Assembly: GCA_043754515.1 (NCBI GenBank)
Contig: JAYUUO010000027.1
Location: 1 to 58,634, forward strand
From: Armatimonadota bacterium
GTDB lineage: Bacteria; Armatimonadota; Armatimonadia; Armatimonadales; Armatimonadaceae
Direction of reading: 5' to 3'
Length of the DNA: 58,634 nt
The notes under the pieces were generated by a model. It was not told the DNA's origin. It was given only the letters and a program-made list of their open reading frames with translations, and did no database searches. Below, in pieces: positions 29,172-39,629 of this stretch. How positions within the stretch are numbered: the stretch's first letter is position 1; each line of letters starts with the position of its first letter. The position numbers and the translations under genes are program-made.

Positions 29172-30184
29172 TGCCCCCCCCCCGAAAAATATGTATGGTT
29201 CGCTTCGGCGGGATGGGCGATATTCTCCTGGCGACGCCCGCGCTCCGTGCCCTGTCGGTGGCGTTCGACACCGTGGCGATTGACGTCATTGTCGGGCGCG
29301 GGATGGCCGACGCCGTGACGGGGATTCCCTATATCCGCAATGTGACCGAGTGGGATAAGAAGGGCGCGGACGGCAAGGTCGCCGAATTCGTCCGCCTCCT
29401 GACCCGTCTGCGCCGCGAGCGGTACGATCTGTTTCTGAACTTCCAGCCGGGCACCCGCGCGAATCTGATGGCGTGGGCTTCCGGGGCGCGGCGGGTCACG
29501 TTCCGCAAAGACCGGCGTAAGCAACCCGATACCGGACGCGTGCGGCACGCCATTGATGACTTCGCCAAGGAACTCAAGCCGCTCGGTATCGCGTCGGTCG
29601 CGGATCGGCGCATGGACTTCCACGTGCCGGACGCGGCGCGGGAGTCGTGCCGCGCTAAACTCGACGCGCGCGGGGTTCTCGGGCGGTACGTCGTGGTCAA
29701 CCCGGCGGCAACCCGGCTCGTCAACCGTTACCCGCCGGAGCGGTTCGCGGAAGCGATCATCGCGCTATCGGATGCGTTGCCCGGCGTCACCTTCGTTCTC
29801 TCGGGCGCGCCGAACGAGTGGGAGTTGGTGGACGCGGTGCTTGGCTGCGTAACGCCCGACGCGAATGCGGTCTCGCTCGCGGGCGTGTTATCGCTGAAGG
29901 AACTCGGCGCGCTACTTGCGGGCGCGGAGTGCGTCGTCACCGGCGACACCGGACCGCTCCACATCGCGTCTGCGGTCGGCGCGCCGATCGTGTGTCTGTC
30001 GGGTGCCGCCGACCCTGACCGTACGGGGCCGACCGCGCCGCGCGATCTGGTGGTCATCCGCCGCGACCTGTCCTGCGTGCCGTGTCAGGATCGCGTCTGC
30101 CGCCGGGGGGATATCGCCTGCATGACGGGATTGCCGGTGGAATGGGTGGTGCGTGCCGCTTTGAAGCGGATGGAGGCACGGTGA
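29168..30184 (+). CDS. GT9 glycosyltransferase
   Basis: RFGGMGDILLATP, TGDTGPLHIA, CVPC...C...C. Confidence 0.9.
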   Translation: MMPPPRKICMVRFGGMGDILLATPALRALSVAFDTVAIDVIVGRGMADAVTGIPYIRNVTEWDKKGADGKVAEFVRLLTRLRRERYDLFLNFQPGTRANLMAWASGARRVTFRKDRRKQPDTGRVRHAIDDFAKELKPLGIASVADRRMDFHVPDAARESCRAKLDARGVLGRYVVVNPAATRLVNRYPPERFAEAIIALSDALPGVTFVLSGAPNEWELVDAVLGCVTPDANAVSLAGVLSLKELGALLAGAECVVTGDTGPLHIASAVGAPIVCLSGAADPDRTGPTAPRDLVVIRRDLSCVPCQDRVCRRGDIACMTGLPVEWVVRAALKRMEAR

Positions 30185-30284
30185 ACTCACCGGGGAATGG
30201 AATACGGGTCAGTCTCGCGGGGACATCCAGGAGTGCCGCGCGGATGGCGGTATACTCCAGCGCGGAGGAACCGTTGGCATAAGC

Positions 30285-30895
30285 ATGGTGATCGAACTCG
30301 GCGCGTTGCCGCTATTGATGAACGAGCGGGAAGGGAAATTCGCCCTGCCTCCCGTCACGGACGAACAGTTTTACGAGTTCTGCCAGCGCAACCCGCTGGT
30401 AAACGCGGAGCGTACCGCGAAAGGAAATACCCTTCTGATGCCGTCCGCCGAAGCATAGACTGACAGCGGGGGCTTTCCCTCGCCTTTGATTTGGAAGCGT
30501 GGAACCGTGTTCTGGCGGTACCGGGAATCACCTTCGGGTCGAGTGCCGACTTTAAGTTGCCGAACGGAGCGATATGTGCCCCGGATGCCTCGTGGGTATC
30601 GCAAGCGCGCTGGGACGCACTCGCGAAGGGCGCCTGGTCTCCGTACCCGCACCTTTGCCCCGACTTTGTGGTCGAGGTGATGTCGCCCTCGGACCGGATC
30701 GGGAAGTCGAAGGAGAAGATGGAAGAGTACCGGATGAACGGCCCGCGCCTCGGGTGGCTCGTGGATCGCAAGAGCCGTGAGGTACACATTTACCGCCCCA
30801 ACGTCCCGGTGGAGATGCTGAGCAACCCCACGAGCGTCACCGGCGACCCGGAATTGCCCGGCTTCATCGCCGACCTGTCCCGCGTTTTGGCCTGA
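30285..30895 (+). pseudogene. Uma2 (DUF820) endonuclease-like pseudogene
   Basis: MVIEL...TDEQFYEFCQRNP...ERTAKG..LMP, then TAG 30456-30458 and a frameshift before FKLPNGA..APDASWV...CPDFVVEVMSPSD...LGWLVD. Confidence 0.85.
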
Positions 30896-30932
30896 CGTTT
30901 TCCGCGCCCGGAACGGTGTTCAGAATGGCGCG

Positions 30933-31781
30933 TTACCCTTCGTTCACTATACCCAGCAGGCGTTTCACCGAGTCGTCGCGCAGGTGTGGTGGCAGTTCCG
31001 TCTCGCGGGCAGGAAGCGGCGCGTCAAGGTAAGCGACAAGAGTGTCATCGGGCGCGAGGAGGCGGATCACGCCGTCCAATTGACGGAGATGATTCGCGCA
31101 GTCACTCTGGGCGAGTAGGACGGCGGCTTCTCGCGCTTCGAGTGCCGCCCGTGCCGCGTCGAGTCGTGCCTTATATGTGGCGATTTGAGTTTCGATTTCG
31201 GCGACGGTTTCGCGGAGCGGTCGCGATTCGCGCTCCCATTCGGCGGTCAGGGCGTCGCGGAACTGGGTCATGCGCGTGTGCCGCAAGCGGGCGTCGGCGA
31301 CCACGGTGTCTACGGGTATCCCGGTCGCCTGAGCGAGGGAATTCACCGTCACCTTGAGTGCGGCGCGGCGCACGCTCTCCGGCACATCGGCGGGCAACTT
31401 CGCGAGTGCCTGTAGTATCTGTTCGGCGGAGATCGCGACGTCGGGTACCTGCCCGTACCGGTAAACGGTCGCGGCGTCCAGCGTGCCGTCGGCGCGTAGC
31501 ATGTCGGAGAAGCGGAAGGATGCGCCGCCCGCTCTGGGCGTCTGCACCAGCGGCGCGGGCGGTGGAATCGGCGTCGCGCCGAAGAGCGGCAGGGGTACGT
31601 CGCTGAGTTGTGACATGGTCGGGCGTGGCGTGGGAGCGGCGGGCGTGCCGAGTGCTTCGCCCAGCATTCTTTCCACCGACTCCAGCGGGATCATCGCGAA
31701 ATCTTCGGGTGGCGGCGCGGCAGACCGTCGGGCGGGTAGGGCAGATGCGAATCGGGACGCGGGCGTGTTCGGGGAACCCAT
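30933..31781 (-). CDS. Hypothetical protein with Pro-rich N-terminus and coiled-coil C-terminus
   Basis: 282-aa ORF with AGGAG upstream and a heptad-like segment. Confidence 0.72.
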   Translation of the reverse strand: MGSPNTPASRFASALPARRSAAPPPEDFAMIPLESVERMLGEALGTPAAPTPRPTMSQLSDVPLPLFGATPIPPPAPLVQTPRAGGASFRFSDMLRADGTLDAATVYRYGQVPDVAISAEQILQALAKLPADVPESVRRAALKVTVNSLAQATGIPVDTVVADARLRHTRMTQFRDALTAEWERESRPLRETVAEIETQIATYKARLDAARAALEAREAAVLLAQSDCANHLRQLDGVIRLLAPDDTLVAYLDAPLPARETELPPHLRDDSVKRLLGIVNEG

Positions 31782-31914
31782 AACCGGCTATCTTCTCCTG
31801 CTAGGCTGTCGTTATGTCAATTGTACCACAGTATTCCCGTCATGGAACACACTTTGTTGCCGAACTACCGCGCGGATTGCGGGCACGCCCCAACCGCCGT
31901 ATCATCGGGAAATT

Positions 31915-32493
31915 GTGACCGTCCCGCGCCCCTGCCCATCACTCCCCGAACTCGCCCGCGTTTTCGCGCGGATCGGCATGACCGCGTTCGGCGGACAGGT
32001 GGCGTTGCTCTCGTTGCTGAACCGCGAAACGGTAGAGCGGCGCGGCTGGCTGACGGCGGACGACATTACCGAGGCGTTCACCTACACGAAACTGCTCCCC
32101 GGCCCGGTGGTCGTGCAGGTGGTCGCCTACCTCGGCTACCGGATGCGCGGCGTGCCAGGCGTTCTCGTCGCCACCTTGCTCTTCCTGCTTCCTTCGGTTG
32201 TAGCCATGCTCCTGCTCGGTGTCATTTATCGGCGCATCTCGTCGGCGGCGGGCGTGACCGCCGCGTTCGGCGGCCTGACGGCGGGCGTAGTCGGTATCGT
32301 GCTGATGGCGACGTGGGGGCAGGCGTGTAAAGGGATCACGGACGCGGTTAGCGCGGCGGTCGCCCTGCTGGTTTGCGTCGCCGCGGTGGTCTGGAACACG
32401 AACCCCGCGCTTCTCGTGCTCGCAGCGGGGCTGATCGGGATCGCGCGGGAATACCACAAGCCGCGACCGGTTCCGGAGAACGCCGCGCCGTGA
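31915..32493 (+). CDS. Short-chain chromate transporter (CHR) subunit
   Basis: IGMTAFGG, VERRGWLT, LLPGP, FLLPS. Confidence 0.9.
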   Translation: MTVPRPCPSLPELARVFARIGMTAFGGQVALLSLLNRETVERRGWLTADDITEAFTYTKLLPGPVVVQVVAYLGYRMRGVPGVLVATLLFLLPSVVAMLLLGVIYRRISSAAGVTAAFGGLTAGVVGIVLMATWGQACKGITDAVSAAVALLVCVAAVVWNTNPALLVLAAGLIGIAREYHKPRPVPENAAP

Positions 32494-33044
32494 CGACCGA
32501 TTACGCCGTGCTAGGGACGCTCTTCTGGCAGTTCGCCGTGATGAGCGTGCTGGCGTTCGGCGGCGGCCAGTCGGTGCTCCCCTTAATGGAGCAGATCAGC
32601 GTTCGGCAACAGGGCTGGCTGACCGCGGGCGCGTTCGCGTCGGGCGTAGGCTTCGGCTACACGGTGCCCGGTCCGGTGACCACGACGGCTACCTTCATCG
32701 GGTATCAGGCGGCGGGGTTCCCCGGCGCGCTGGCGGCGACCTTAGGCATGTTCCTCGCGCCAGTGACTCTCGCCGCCGTCGCCGCGGCGGGGGTCGGGCA
32801 GTTCGCGAAGAACCGGTACGTTCAGGCGTTCAGCAGTGGTGCGGTGCCGGGCGTGGTTGGCCTGCTCGCGGCGACGACGTGGAACATCGCCCGGCACGCG
32901 GTGTCGTCGTGGGCATATGCCACGATCGCGCTAGCGGCGATGCTGGTGGCGGCGCGGACGAAACTGTCGCCGGGCGTCATTCTCTTAGGCGGCGCGGCGT
33001 GCGGGTACGCGGCGTGGGCGGCGGGGCTGCTCAAGCCGTTCTAG
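32490..33044 (+). CDS. Short-chain chromate transporter (CHR) subunit
   Basis: LAFGGG, GWLT, VPGP..ATFIGY; GTGA overlap with the first subunit. Confidence 0.9.
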   Translation: MTTDYAVLGTLFWQFAVMSVLAFGGGQSVLPLMEQISVRQQGWLTAGAFASGVGFGYTVPGPVTTTATFIGYQAAGFPGALAATLGMFLAPVTLAAVAAAGVGQFAKNRYVQAFSSGAVPGVVGLLAATTWNIARHAVSSWAYATIALAAMLVAARTKLSPGVILLGGAACGYAAWAAGLLKPF

Positions 33045-33232
33045 ATCGAGTCGCCCCTCCCCCTTCCCCACTTCACCGGGGGAGGGATGGATGAATGAGC
33101 CGAAGACGCAAGGGGGGAACCTCCACCGACACGCGCGAAACGCTCCCCGAACGTGGTACTCTGAGACCCGGCGGCACGGCTCGCGCCCGCACCGCGTGAC
33201 TCCTCAAGCCGATGCGTTCTCGAACCCTCTTT

Positions 33233-33835
33233 ATGAAACAGACCACACCCAAAACATTCACCGCCACTCTCGCGTTGCTCTCTCTGGCCGCCGGCACGGT
33301 AGTCGCGTCCGGTGTCCCAGCGCACGCGGGCGATCCGCTGGATCGGCGCATCGCGCGGTTCGCGACGGACGAAGGGAACATCGGATTTTTGGCACTCGGA
33401 ACGGTGTTGCCGCTCCTGCGCGACGGCAAGGGGGGGCGGGACCGCGCCCTGCGGGTCGGCGACGCCGCGCTGTCTAGCACGATCATCACGTACGCGCTCA
33501 AAGAGACGATACGGGAAAAGCGTCCCGACGGCAGTAGCCGCGACTCCTTCCCGAGCGGGCACGCGACGGCGGCGTTCGCCGTCGCGACTATGGAGAGCGC
33601 GTACCATCCCAAAGAGGCGTTGCTCTGGTACGGTGGCGCGGCGATCATCTCCTGGTCGCGCGTGCGGCTCAATCGTCACTACACGCAGGACGTTCTCGCG
33701 GGTGCCGTCATCGGGTACGCGACCTCACGCTGGGAATTGTCCCGGAAGCGCGGACTATTGCTATCCCCGTTCGTCGGCTCGCTGGACGGCGGGAGCGGGC
33801 GCGGGTTCGGCATCCGTATGGTAAAAGAACTGTAA
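33233..33835 (+). CDS. PAP2-family phosphatase
   Basis: KETIREKRP, SFPSGH, SRVRLNRHYTQDV. Confidence 0.92.
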   Translation: MKQTTPKTFTATLALLSLAAGTVVASGVPAHAGDPLDRRIARFATDEGNIGFLALGTVLPLLRDGKGGRDRALRVGDAALSSTIITYALKETIREKRPDGSSRDSFPSGHATAAFAVATMESAYHPKEALLWYGGAAIISWSRVRLNRHYTQDVLAGAVIGYATSRWELSRKRGLLLSPFVGSLDGGSGRGFGIRMVKEL

Positions 33836-33911
33836 CACCGCGCCGGGTGACGCCGCCCGGCGAGTTATAAGCAAGTCATAACTACGAACCGTGAGACGAG
33901 AAAACCGACCG

Positions 33912-35408
33912 ATGCCCGCCCGAACCCAACCCCGCGCGATGATGACGCGCCGACTACTTGTGCTCGCCGCCTTGCTGTTGATCCTGCCCTCGCGCGTTCA
34001 GGCGGCGATCCAGGACCAGTACTTCGGCATCTACCTGCCGGGTGGCAAGATCGGGTTCATGCACGTCCGCAAGGAGACGGGTACGAAATACGCGGGGAAG
34101 CCCGCCGTGCGTACAGACAACGAGACGCAGATCACGATCAACGCGCTTGGGAACGCTTCGAGGACGGTTTCGATCACCACCTCCTACAACGACCCGAAGA
34201 CCGGCGCGCCGTTCGCGCTCCAATCGCGGAGCGAGGGAGCGGGGCGCGTCTCCACCGTTTCGGCGGTCTATGACAGGTCGTCCGTGCGCTATGTCGCCGA
34301 CATACAAGGCACGAAGCGAAGCGGCACACTCTCCCTCAAGGTCGGGGAATCTTTCCTCGCGGACCCGTCCAGCGCGGCGGGGGATCTGGTGCCGAAGGTC
34401 GGCGACGTGATCGCGGGCAAGTCTTTCATACCGGAGACGTTGCGGCTCGCCGACGAGTCCGTGGTCGTCGTGCGTAAGGAGCGGGTCGCGGTCGGCGCGG
34501 CAAAAGCGGTGGATGCGTTCGTGGTCGAGGATCGCTCCGAGATGGGCAAAATCACCCTGTTCCTGTCGGGCGAAGGCGAAACGCTCCTGCTCCGGTTCGC
34601 GCTCGGCATGGAGGCGCGTCTCGAACCGAAGGCGGTCGCGCTACGCGTCCCTCCCGCGTCGGAGATCGCCAAACGCGCTGACCTCGCGGTGTCGGTCGGG
34701 ATAATTCCGACCGGCAGACTGATCGCCGACCCGCGCGGCTCGACCCGCGTCCGCTACCGGCTCAGCGGCGGGGTCGGTGACCTGCCCGCGAGCGACAACC
34801 GCCAGACGATGGCCGTGGTCGGTACGGGCGCGAGCCGCGTGGCGACACTCGATGTTTCGGCGAATCCACTTCCAGACAGAGCGGGTGTTTCGCGTTTCGC
34901 GAAGTCGGGCGACGCGCCCGAGAATCTGCGCCCGTACCTGTCACCGAGTGATTATGTCGCCTCGGACAGCCTTGAGTTCGTCGCGCTGGCGCGCGAGGCG
35001 ACCGGTGGGGAGACGGATCTGGCCCGCGCCGCCGCTAAAGTGGCCGCTTTCACACACGGGGTGATCCGGACGGATTCGTCGGTCGCGGTGCTACGAACGG
35101 CGACTGACATCAACCGGGACCGGCGCGGAGTCTGCCGCGAGTACGCGACCTTTTTCACTGCGGTAGCGCGCGCCGCCGGAATCCCGACCCGGATCTGCGT
35201 CGGGGTCGTGCTGTCGGGCGATTCGTTCGTCTACCACGCGTGGCCCGAAGTCTGGGTGGGGGAGACGGGCGGCTGGGTCGCGCTGGAGCCGACATGGGGG
35301 CGACCGTTCGCGGACGCGACCCATATCAAGCTGGCGCAGGGCGAGATCACCGACCTGTACCGCGTGGCGGACGACATGGGGCGGTACCGCATCGAGGTCG
35401 TGAATTGA
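33912..35408 (+). CDS. Exported transglutaminase-like domain protein
   Basis: Signal peptide; GVCREYA...ARAAGIPTR...YHAWPEV...WVALEPT. Confidence 0.88.
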   Translation: MPARTQPRAMMTRRLLVLAALLLILPSRVQAAIQDQYFGIYLPGGKIGFMHVRKETGTKYAGKPAVRTDNETQITINALGNASRTVSITTSYNDPKTGAPFALQSRSEGAGRVSTVSAVYDRSSVRYVADIQGTKRSGTLSLKVGESFLADPSSAAGDLVPKVGDVIAGKSFIPETLRLADESVVVVRKERVAVGAAKAVDAFVVEDRSEMGKITLFLSGEGETLLLRFALGMEARLEPKAVALRVPPASEIAKRADLAVSVGIIPTGRLIADPRGSTRVRYRLSGGVGDLPASDNRQTMAVVGTGASRVATLDVSANPLPDRAGVSRFAKSGDAPENLRPYLSPSDYVASDSLEFVALAREATGGETDLARAAAKVAAFTHGVIRTDSSVAVLRTATDINRDRRGVCREYATFFTAVARAAGIPTRICVGVVLSGDSFVYHAWPEVWVGETGGWVALEPTWGRPFADATHIKLAQGEITDLYRVADDMGRYRIEVVN

Positions 35409-36268
35409 TCACCGCCCGCACACGAGTCGCTGCCGTCTGGGGCTACCCCGTCACCCATTCGGCGTCCCCGGCGATGCACAACGCCGCCTTCGAGGCGACC
35501 GGCTTTGACGCTGTGTACGTGGCGTGCGCGGTCGCGCCGGAGCGGATCGCGGAAGCCATCTCGGGAATCCGCGCACTAAACCTGCTCGGCGTGAATGTAA
35601 CTGTACCGCTCAAGGAGGCGGTGGTGCCACTTTTAGACGCGGTGAGCGAGACGGCGCGGGTGATTGGCGCGGTGAACACTATTGTGAATCGGGACGGCGT
35701 TTTATGGGGTGATTCCACGGACGGCGCGGGGTTCCTCGCCGCCCTTGAAAGCGAGAGCGTGGTCGTGAATCCCGACGCGCGCTTCGTCGTTCTGGGCGCG
35801 GGTGGGTCGGCGCGGGCGGTGGTGTACGCGCTGGCGGAGCGCGGGGCGGCCGTTATTGTCGCCAACCGGAACTGGTACCGTGCGCACCAACTGGCGAAGG
35901 ACTTCGCGCACCTGCCGGGGCGCGTCGCGCCCGCCGAACTCGGCCGCGAAGATACGATCGGTCGTGCTCTCGCGGCGGGCGCGACGGCTCTCATCAACGC
36001 GACAAGCGTCGGGATGTCGCCGGACGACGCCGGGATGCCGCCCGTTCCCATTGACGCGCTGTCTCCCAATACGCTCGTCGTGGATCTGATCTACAGGCCG
36101 GCCGAGACGCGATTGCTCGCCGCGGCACGGGGGCGCGGCTGCCGGACTCAGAACGGCGTCGAGATGCTGGTGCGGCAGGGCGCAACGGCGTTCACGCACT
36201 GGACGGGACTGGCGGCTCCCATATCCGTGATGCGCGACGCGGTACTGAAGGCGATAGTTCCGGCGTAA
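35405..36268 (+). CDS. aroE: Shikimate dehydrogenase
   Basis: HSASPAMHN, NVTVPLK, GAVNT, STDG, GAGGSARA, NATSVGM, DLIY.P.ET, MLVRQG; TTG start overlaps the upstream stop. Confidence 0.95.
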   Translation: MITARTRVAAVWGYPVTHSASPAMHNAAFEATGFDAVYVACAVAPERIAEAISGIRALNLLGVNVTVPLKEAVVPLLDAVSETARVIGAVNTIVNRDGVLWGDSTDGAGFLAALESESVVVNPDARFVVLGAGGSARAVVYALAERGAAVIVANRNWYRAHQLAKDFAHLPGRVAPAELGREDTIGRALAAGATALINATSVGMSPDDAGMPPVPIDALSPNTLVVDLIYRPAETRLLAAARGRGCRTQNGVEMLVRQGATAFTHWTGLAAPISVMRDAVLKAIVPA

Positions 36269-36368
36269 GCCGCGTGCCATGCCGAGGTGCCAATAATCCG
36301 TCGGGAACCTCCCCCCCCGACCAGTGCGTAGTATGACGTATTCTGTGTGCGCTTTTTGACACAACCTT

Positions 36369-37187
36369 ATGAACGCAACACCGCCTGATAACAACACCCT
36401 GCCGGTACCACCGACCGCTATCGCGGGTGACACGCCCGCCGAGCGGTACGCCACGTACCTCGACTACGCGTTCTCGCCCGAGTCACACCGGGGACGGTAC
36501 GCCGTAGCGGTCGCGTTGCTGGTGCTTGGCCTCGGGGTTGGAGTCGGTTCAGGTTGGCTCGCGTTGCACTGGCACCCCACCGCGTGGGCGGGCATGGTCG
36601 CGGGGGCCTTGATAGCTGGTCGCGCTCTGACCCTGATGCACGGCATGGTGCGCCGCGCCCAGTTGTACGGACGCCGCAAACAGATAACGCGCAAAGGGGA
36701 ACTGGTGAAGGGGTACGTGGTGCAGTGCTCACCCGCCCTCCTGCGCCCTGGCGCGGAGGCCGCGCTCCCGTGCCGCGTCCTGTTCTCGTTCCAGCCGGAG
36801 GTCGGGGGGGATGGGCAATATCTGCGCTACCTGGCGACCCGCGTCGCCGAGTTGAAGAACAAATTGCCGCGCGGCGACATGGACAAGCAGTACATCGCCG
36901 TGCTCGCGTCGGAGACTACCGCGTCCGCGAACCGCCGTTACCTGCTTCCACTCTCGTTCACGGACGGTTCCGCCGTGTACCTGGCGGACTTGTTCGTCAG
37001 CCGCGCCCATCTGCCAGGCGGCTACCTGCATACGGATGCCCTACCCTGTCTCGCCGAGGCGGGCGCGACGGGTGGCATCGAAATGATCCCGGAGTGGCTA
37101 CTGGATCATAAGGCGGTGCCAGTCGCGTACGCAAGCGAGACGCTTCCGCCGCCCTCGACCGAGGACGCCCCGCTGGGGCTGGGCTAA
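36369..37187 (+). CDS. Hypothetical membrane protein (2 TM)
   Basis: 272-aa ORF with two hydrophobic helices. Confidence 0.72.
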   Translation: MNATPPDNNTLPVPPTAIAGDTPAERYATYLDYAFSPESHRGRYAVAVALLVLGLGVGVGSGWLALHWHPTAWAGMVAGALIAGRALTLMHGMVRRAQLYGRRKQITRKGELVKGYVVQCSPALLRPGAEAALPCRVLFSFQPEVGGDGQYLRYLATRVAELKNKLPRGDMDKQYIAVLASETTASANRRYLLPLSFTDGSAVYLADLFVSRAHLPGGYLHTDALPCLAEAGATGGIEMIPEWLLDHKAVPVAYASETLPPPSTEDAPLGLG

Positions 37188-37253
37188 CCGGGCAGCGGTG
37201 CCGCGCCCTGCTTGAATGGTATTGCTCGCGTTCAAGACCTAGCACTCAAACCG

Positions 37254-37718
37254 ATGCGCATCTACTCCGCCCCGGCGAAGCCCGAAGAACCGCTCACAGT
37301 GGAGCTATGGTACGCGCCGCTTCCGCGCCCCTTGTCTCGTTTCGCCTGGCACCACTGGCTGGTGGCTCGCGAGGCGGAGCGAGCAACACGCTGGGAGGTC
37401 TGGCAGTCGCGGGGCGCGGGTGGGGAGAGTGTCGGGCACGTCCACAAAAACCTGATGCGCCCGGACGGCGGCGTGGGCGGTGGAGACGCGGTCACGCTGT
37501 TCACGTGGCGCGGCGCGGAAGCCGAAAATATAGTCCGCATTTTGGAGCGCGCCTGGAGCCACTACCCCCACCGTTTTCGCTACCTCGCTTTTCCCGGCCC
37601 TAATAGCAACACGTTCGTCGCGTGGGTGCTGAAACGCGCCGGGCTTGCCGGGGACGCCGCGCTGTTGTTGCGCTGGCAGGCCGTAGGTAGGGGGTGGCTG
37701 TTGCTTCCGGGCCGCTAA
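37254..37718 (+). CDS. DUF3750-like protein
   Basis: FAWHHW, RWEVW, YP..FRY.AFPGPNSNTFVAWV. Confidence 0.75.
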   Translation: MRIYSAPAKPEEPLTVELWYAPLPRPLSRFAWHHWLVAREAERATRWEVWQSRGAGGESVGHVHKNLMRPDGGVGGGDAVTLFTWRGAEAENIVRILERAWSHYPHRFRYLAFPGPNSNTFVAWVLKRAGLAGDAALLLRWQAVGRGWLLLPGR

Positions 37719-37829
37719 ATCCTTCCGCCGGGTTTGGACCTGTGACGGAGGGTTGCCGCGCCTCTAAAAACGCGGTATTCTCTTTTAAGAACTTTGTAAC
37801 GCAAAGAAGGTGCGCCGAAAACACCGCCG

Positions 37830-38546
37830 ATGACATCGCCGTTCCCGAAGACACCGCGTCCGGATGACACGCCCCCCCTCAAAGAGAGTGATGGCAGACC
37901 TATGTTCCGCGTGGTGAACACGGCGGATGAGGCGCAGGAGCACCTGCGGGTCATCCGGCAGACGATGGAGCGTTCCACGAAGCACTCCACGCTCTCCGGG
38001 CTTTCGGGGGTGTTGGTCGGGCTGTACGCGCTGGTCGGGTCCGTCCTGACGCAGTTCGTGACGCCATTCCCGAACCTCCCGCGTCCGCTCGACCGGTACG
38101 CGTTTATCGCGGTCTGGGCGTGCATCGGAATGCTATCGCTGGCGACCGACATCGTGCTGACCAAGCGGAAGGCGGCGCGGGTCGGCAAGACACCGTTCTC
38201 GCCGCTGGGCAAGCACCTGACGCGGGCGGCAGCTCCCGGCGTCGCGGTGGGCGTGATCCTTTCCGCGTTCTATCTCTTGCACTCGAACCTGATCGGCGAG
38301 TACATCTACGGGGTCTGGATGCTGGCGTACGCGGCGGCACTGCTCGCGGTCGGGCAGTTCTCGGTGCGCGAGGTGTCGGTGCTCGGCTGGGTGTTTTTGG
38401 TGGCGGGGGCGGTCACGCTGTTCCTGCCACAGACGGCACCCGCGCTGTTCCTGCCGCAGACGGCACCCGCGCTAATGATGGCACTGTCGTTCGGCGGTGT
38501 TCACATCTGGTACGGGGCGTACATGGGGCGCAAATACGGCTGGTAA
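37830..38546 (+). CDS. Integral membrane hypothetical protein
   Basis: LRVIRQTMERS...LSGLSG...FGGVHIWYG; about 6 TM; precedes a wHTH regulator. Confidence 0.8.
   Translation: MTSPFPKTPRPDDTPPLKESDGRPMFRVVNTADEAQEHLRVIRQTMERSTKHSTLSGLSGVLVGLYALVGSVLTQFVTPFPNLPRPLDRYAFIAVWACIGMLSLATDIVLTKRKAARVGKTPFSPLGKHLTRAAAPGVAVGVILSAFYLLHSNLIGEYIYGVWMLAYAAALLAVGQFSVREVSVLGWVFLVAGAVTLFLPQTAPALFLPQTAPALMMALSFGGVHIWYGAYMGRKYGW
38416..38473 (+). repeat. 27-nt in-frame tandem duplication (LFLPQTAPA x2)
   Basis: cgctgttcctgcc(a/g)cagacggcacccg twice, one synonymous difference. Confidence 0.95.
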
Positions 38547-38605
38547 GCTCGCGGTAGGCGGTAAACTTTTTCGGCAATAGCTAAAGGACGGAACTGAGGA
38601 TACGA

Positions 38606-38944
38606 ATGACGGCGGCACTGCGGAGACCGGACACCGGTAGCGAAACATTGGAAGCGTGTTTAGAGCGGCTCGACGATGCCATCCACCAGAAGGTGCGACT
38701 GGGGGCTATGAGCACGCTGATGGCGCACGGCGAGGTGGATTTCAACTTCCTGAAATCTGCCCTGAACGTTTCGGACGGTAACCTGTCTACGCACCTTTCG
38801 GTGCTGGAAAATCACGGCTACCTCGCGGTGCGCAAAGAGTTCGTCGGCAAACGTCCCCGCACAACGTACACGCCGACCCCCGCCGGTCGCAAGGCATTCG
38901 AGGCATATATCGCCGCGCTCGAACTGCTGGTGAAAAGCCTGTAG
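38606..38944 (+). CDS. Winged-helix transcriptional regulator (HTH_34-like)
   Basis: IHQKVRLG.MS.L...DFNFLK..L.VSDGNLSTHL..LE..GY...K.F.GKRPRT.Y. Confidence 0.9.
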   Translation: MTAALRRPDTGSETLEACLERLDDAIHQKVRLGAMSTLMAHGEVDFNFLKSALNVSDGNLSTHLSVLENHGYLAVRKEFVGKRPRTTYTPTPAGRKAFEAYIAALELLVKSL

Positions 38945-39005
38945 CGGCGGACGCCTAGTCGCCCCGCGCACCGCCGCGCGTGGACGAACCCGTGAGTGTC
39001 AGGCT

Positions 39006-39629
39006 CTACTCCGGCTCCGTCTTCTTCTTGTTCTGGGGCACCTTTCCCCCAACTGGCATGACCTTCTTGAAATCTTCCGGCGAAACAGTGTCGTCGCGCT
39101 TTCCGAGCGGTGCTTTCGCGCCCGCGTCGAGGCGCATCACCACCAGTCGCCAATCTTCGCCCGACTCGGGGTTCATCTGCACAACCACCGTAGTCGCGCC
39201 CATGACGTAACTCGCACCCGCCTTCCCCGCCCCGCCGAGTTGCGTTTTGGTGAAGCCGAGTCCCGCCATCTGGGTGTCGTAGAAGGGGAGCACTTTCACC
39301 GGGGTGTCGGGCGTGCGGAATCCGACCGCAGTCATATTGCTCGCGGGGGTCAAGCCCCGAAAGAGACGGGTGACCCGCGCGCTACGTGTCATCTCCTCGT
39401 CAATCTTTGCTTGAGGATATACCGGAACCCCATCGAGCGCGGCGACTTCGGCGGCGGTGTTCAAAGGCTTATCACGCTCGGTGTTCAGCATCACGGTGCC
39501 GACCCCGATTACCAGAAGTAGGAATCCCACGATCACGCCGCAACCGATCCCGACGACGCCGAGTGGGGTGATTTTGCGGCGCGGTTCGGTCGGCGGCGTG
39601 GGTTCGGAAGAGGGGATGGGCTTGGACAT
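39006..39629 (-). CDS. Hypothetical single-TM exported protein
   Basis: GIGCG-containing TM, GVPVYPQA motif; TGGTACAAT upstream. Confidence 0.75.
   Translation of the reverse strand: MSKPIPSSEPTPPTEPRRKITPLGVVGIGCGVIVGFLLLVIGVGTVMLNTERDKPLNTAAEVAALDGVPVYPQAKIDEEMTRSARVTRLFRGLTPASNMTAVGFRTPDTPVKVLPFYDTQMAGLGFTKTQLGGAGKAGASYVMGATTVVVQMNPESGEDWRLVVMRLDAGAKAPLGKRDDTVSPEDFKKVMPVGGKVPQNKKKTEPE

Noticed and set aside
25318..30458. Amber recoding (in-frame TAG in both the GNAT and Uma2 genes)
   Set aside because: TAG is the normal stop of many intact genes here (ftsZ, lptD, SDR), the Uma2 copy also has a frameshift, and no pyl genes are present.
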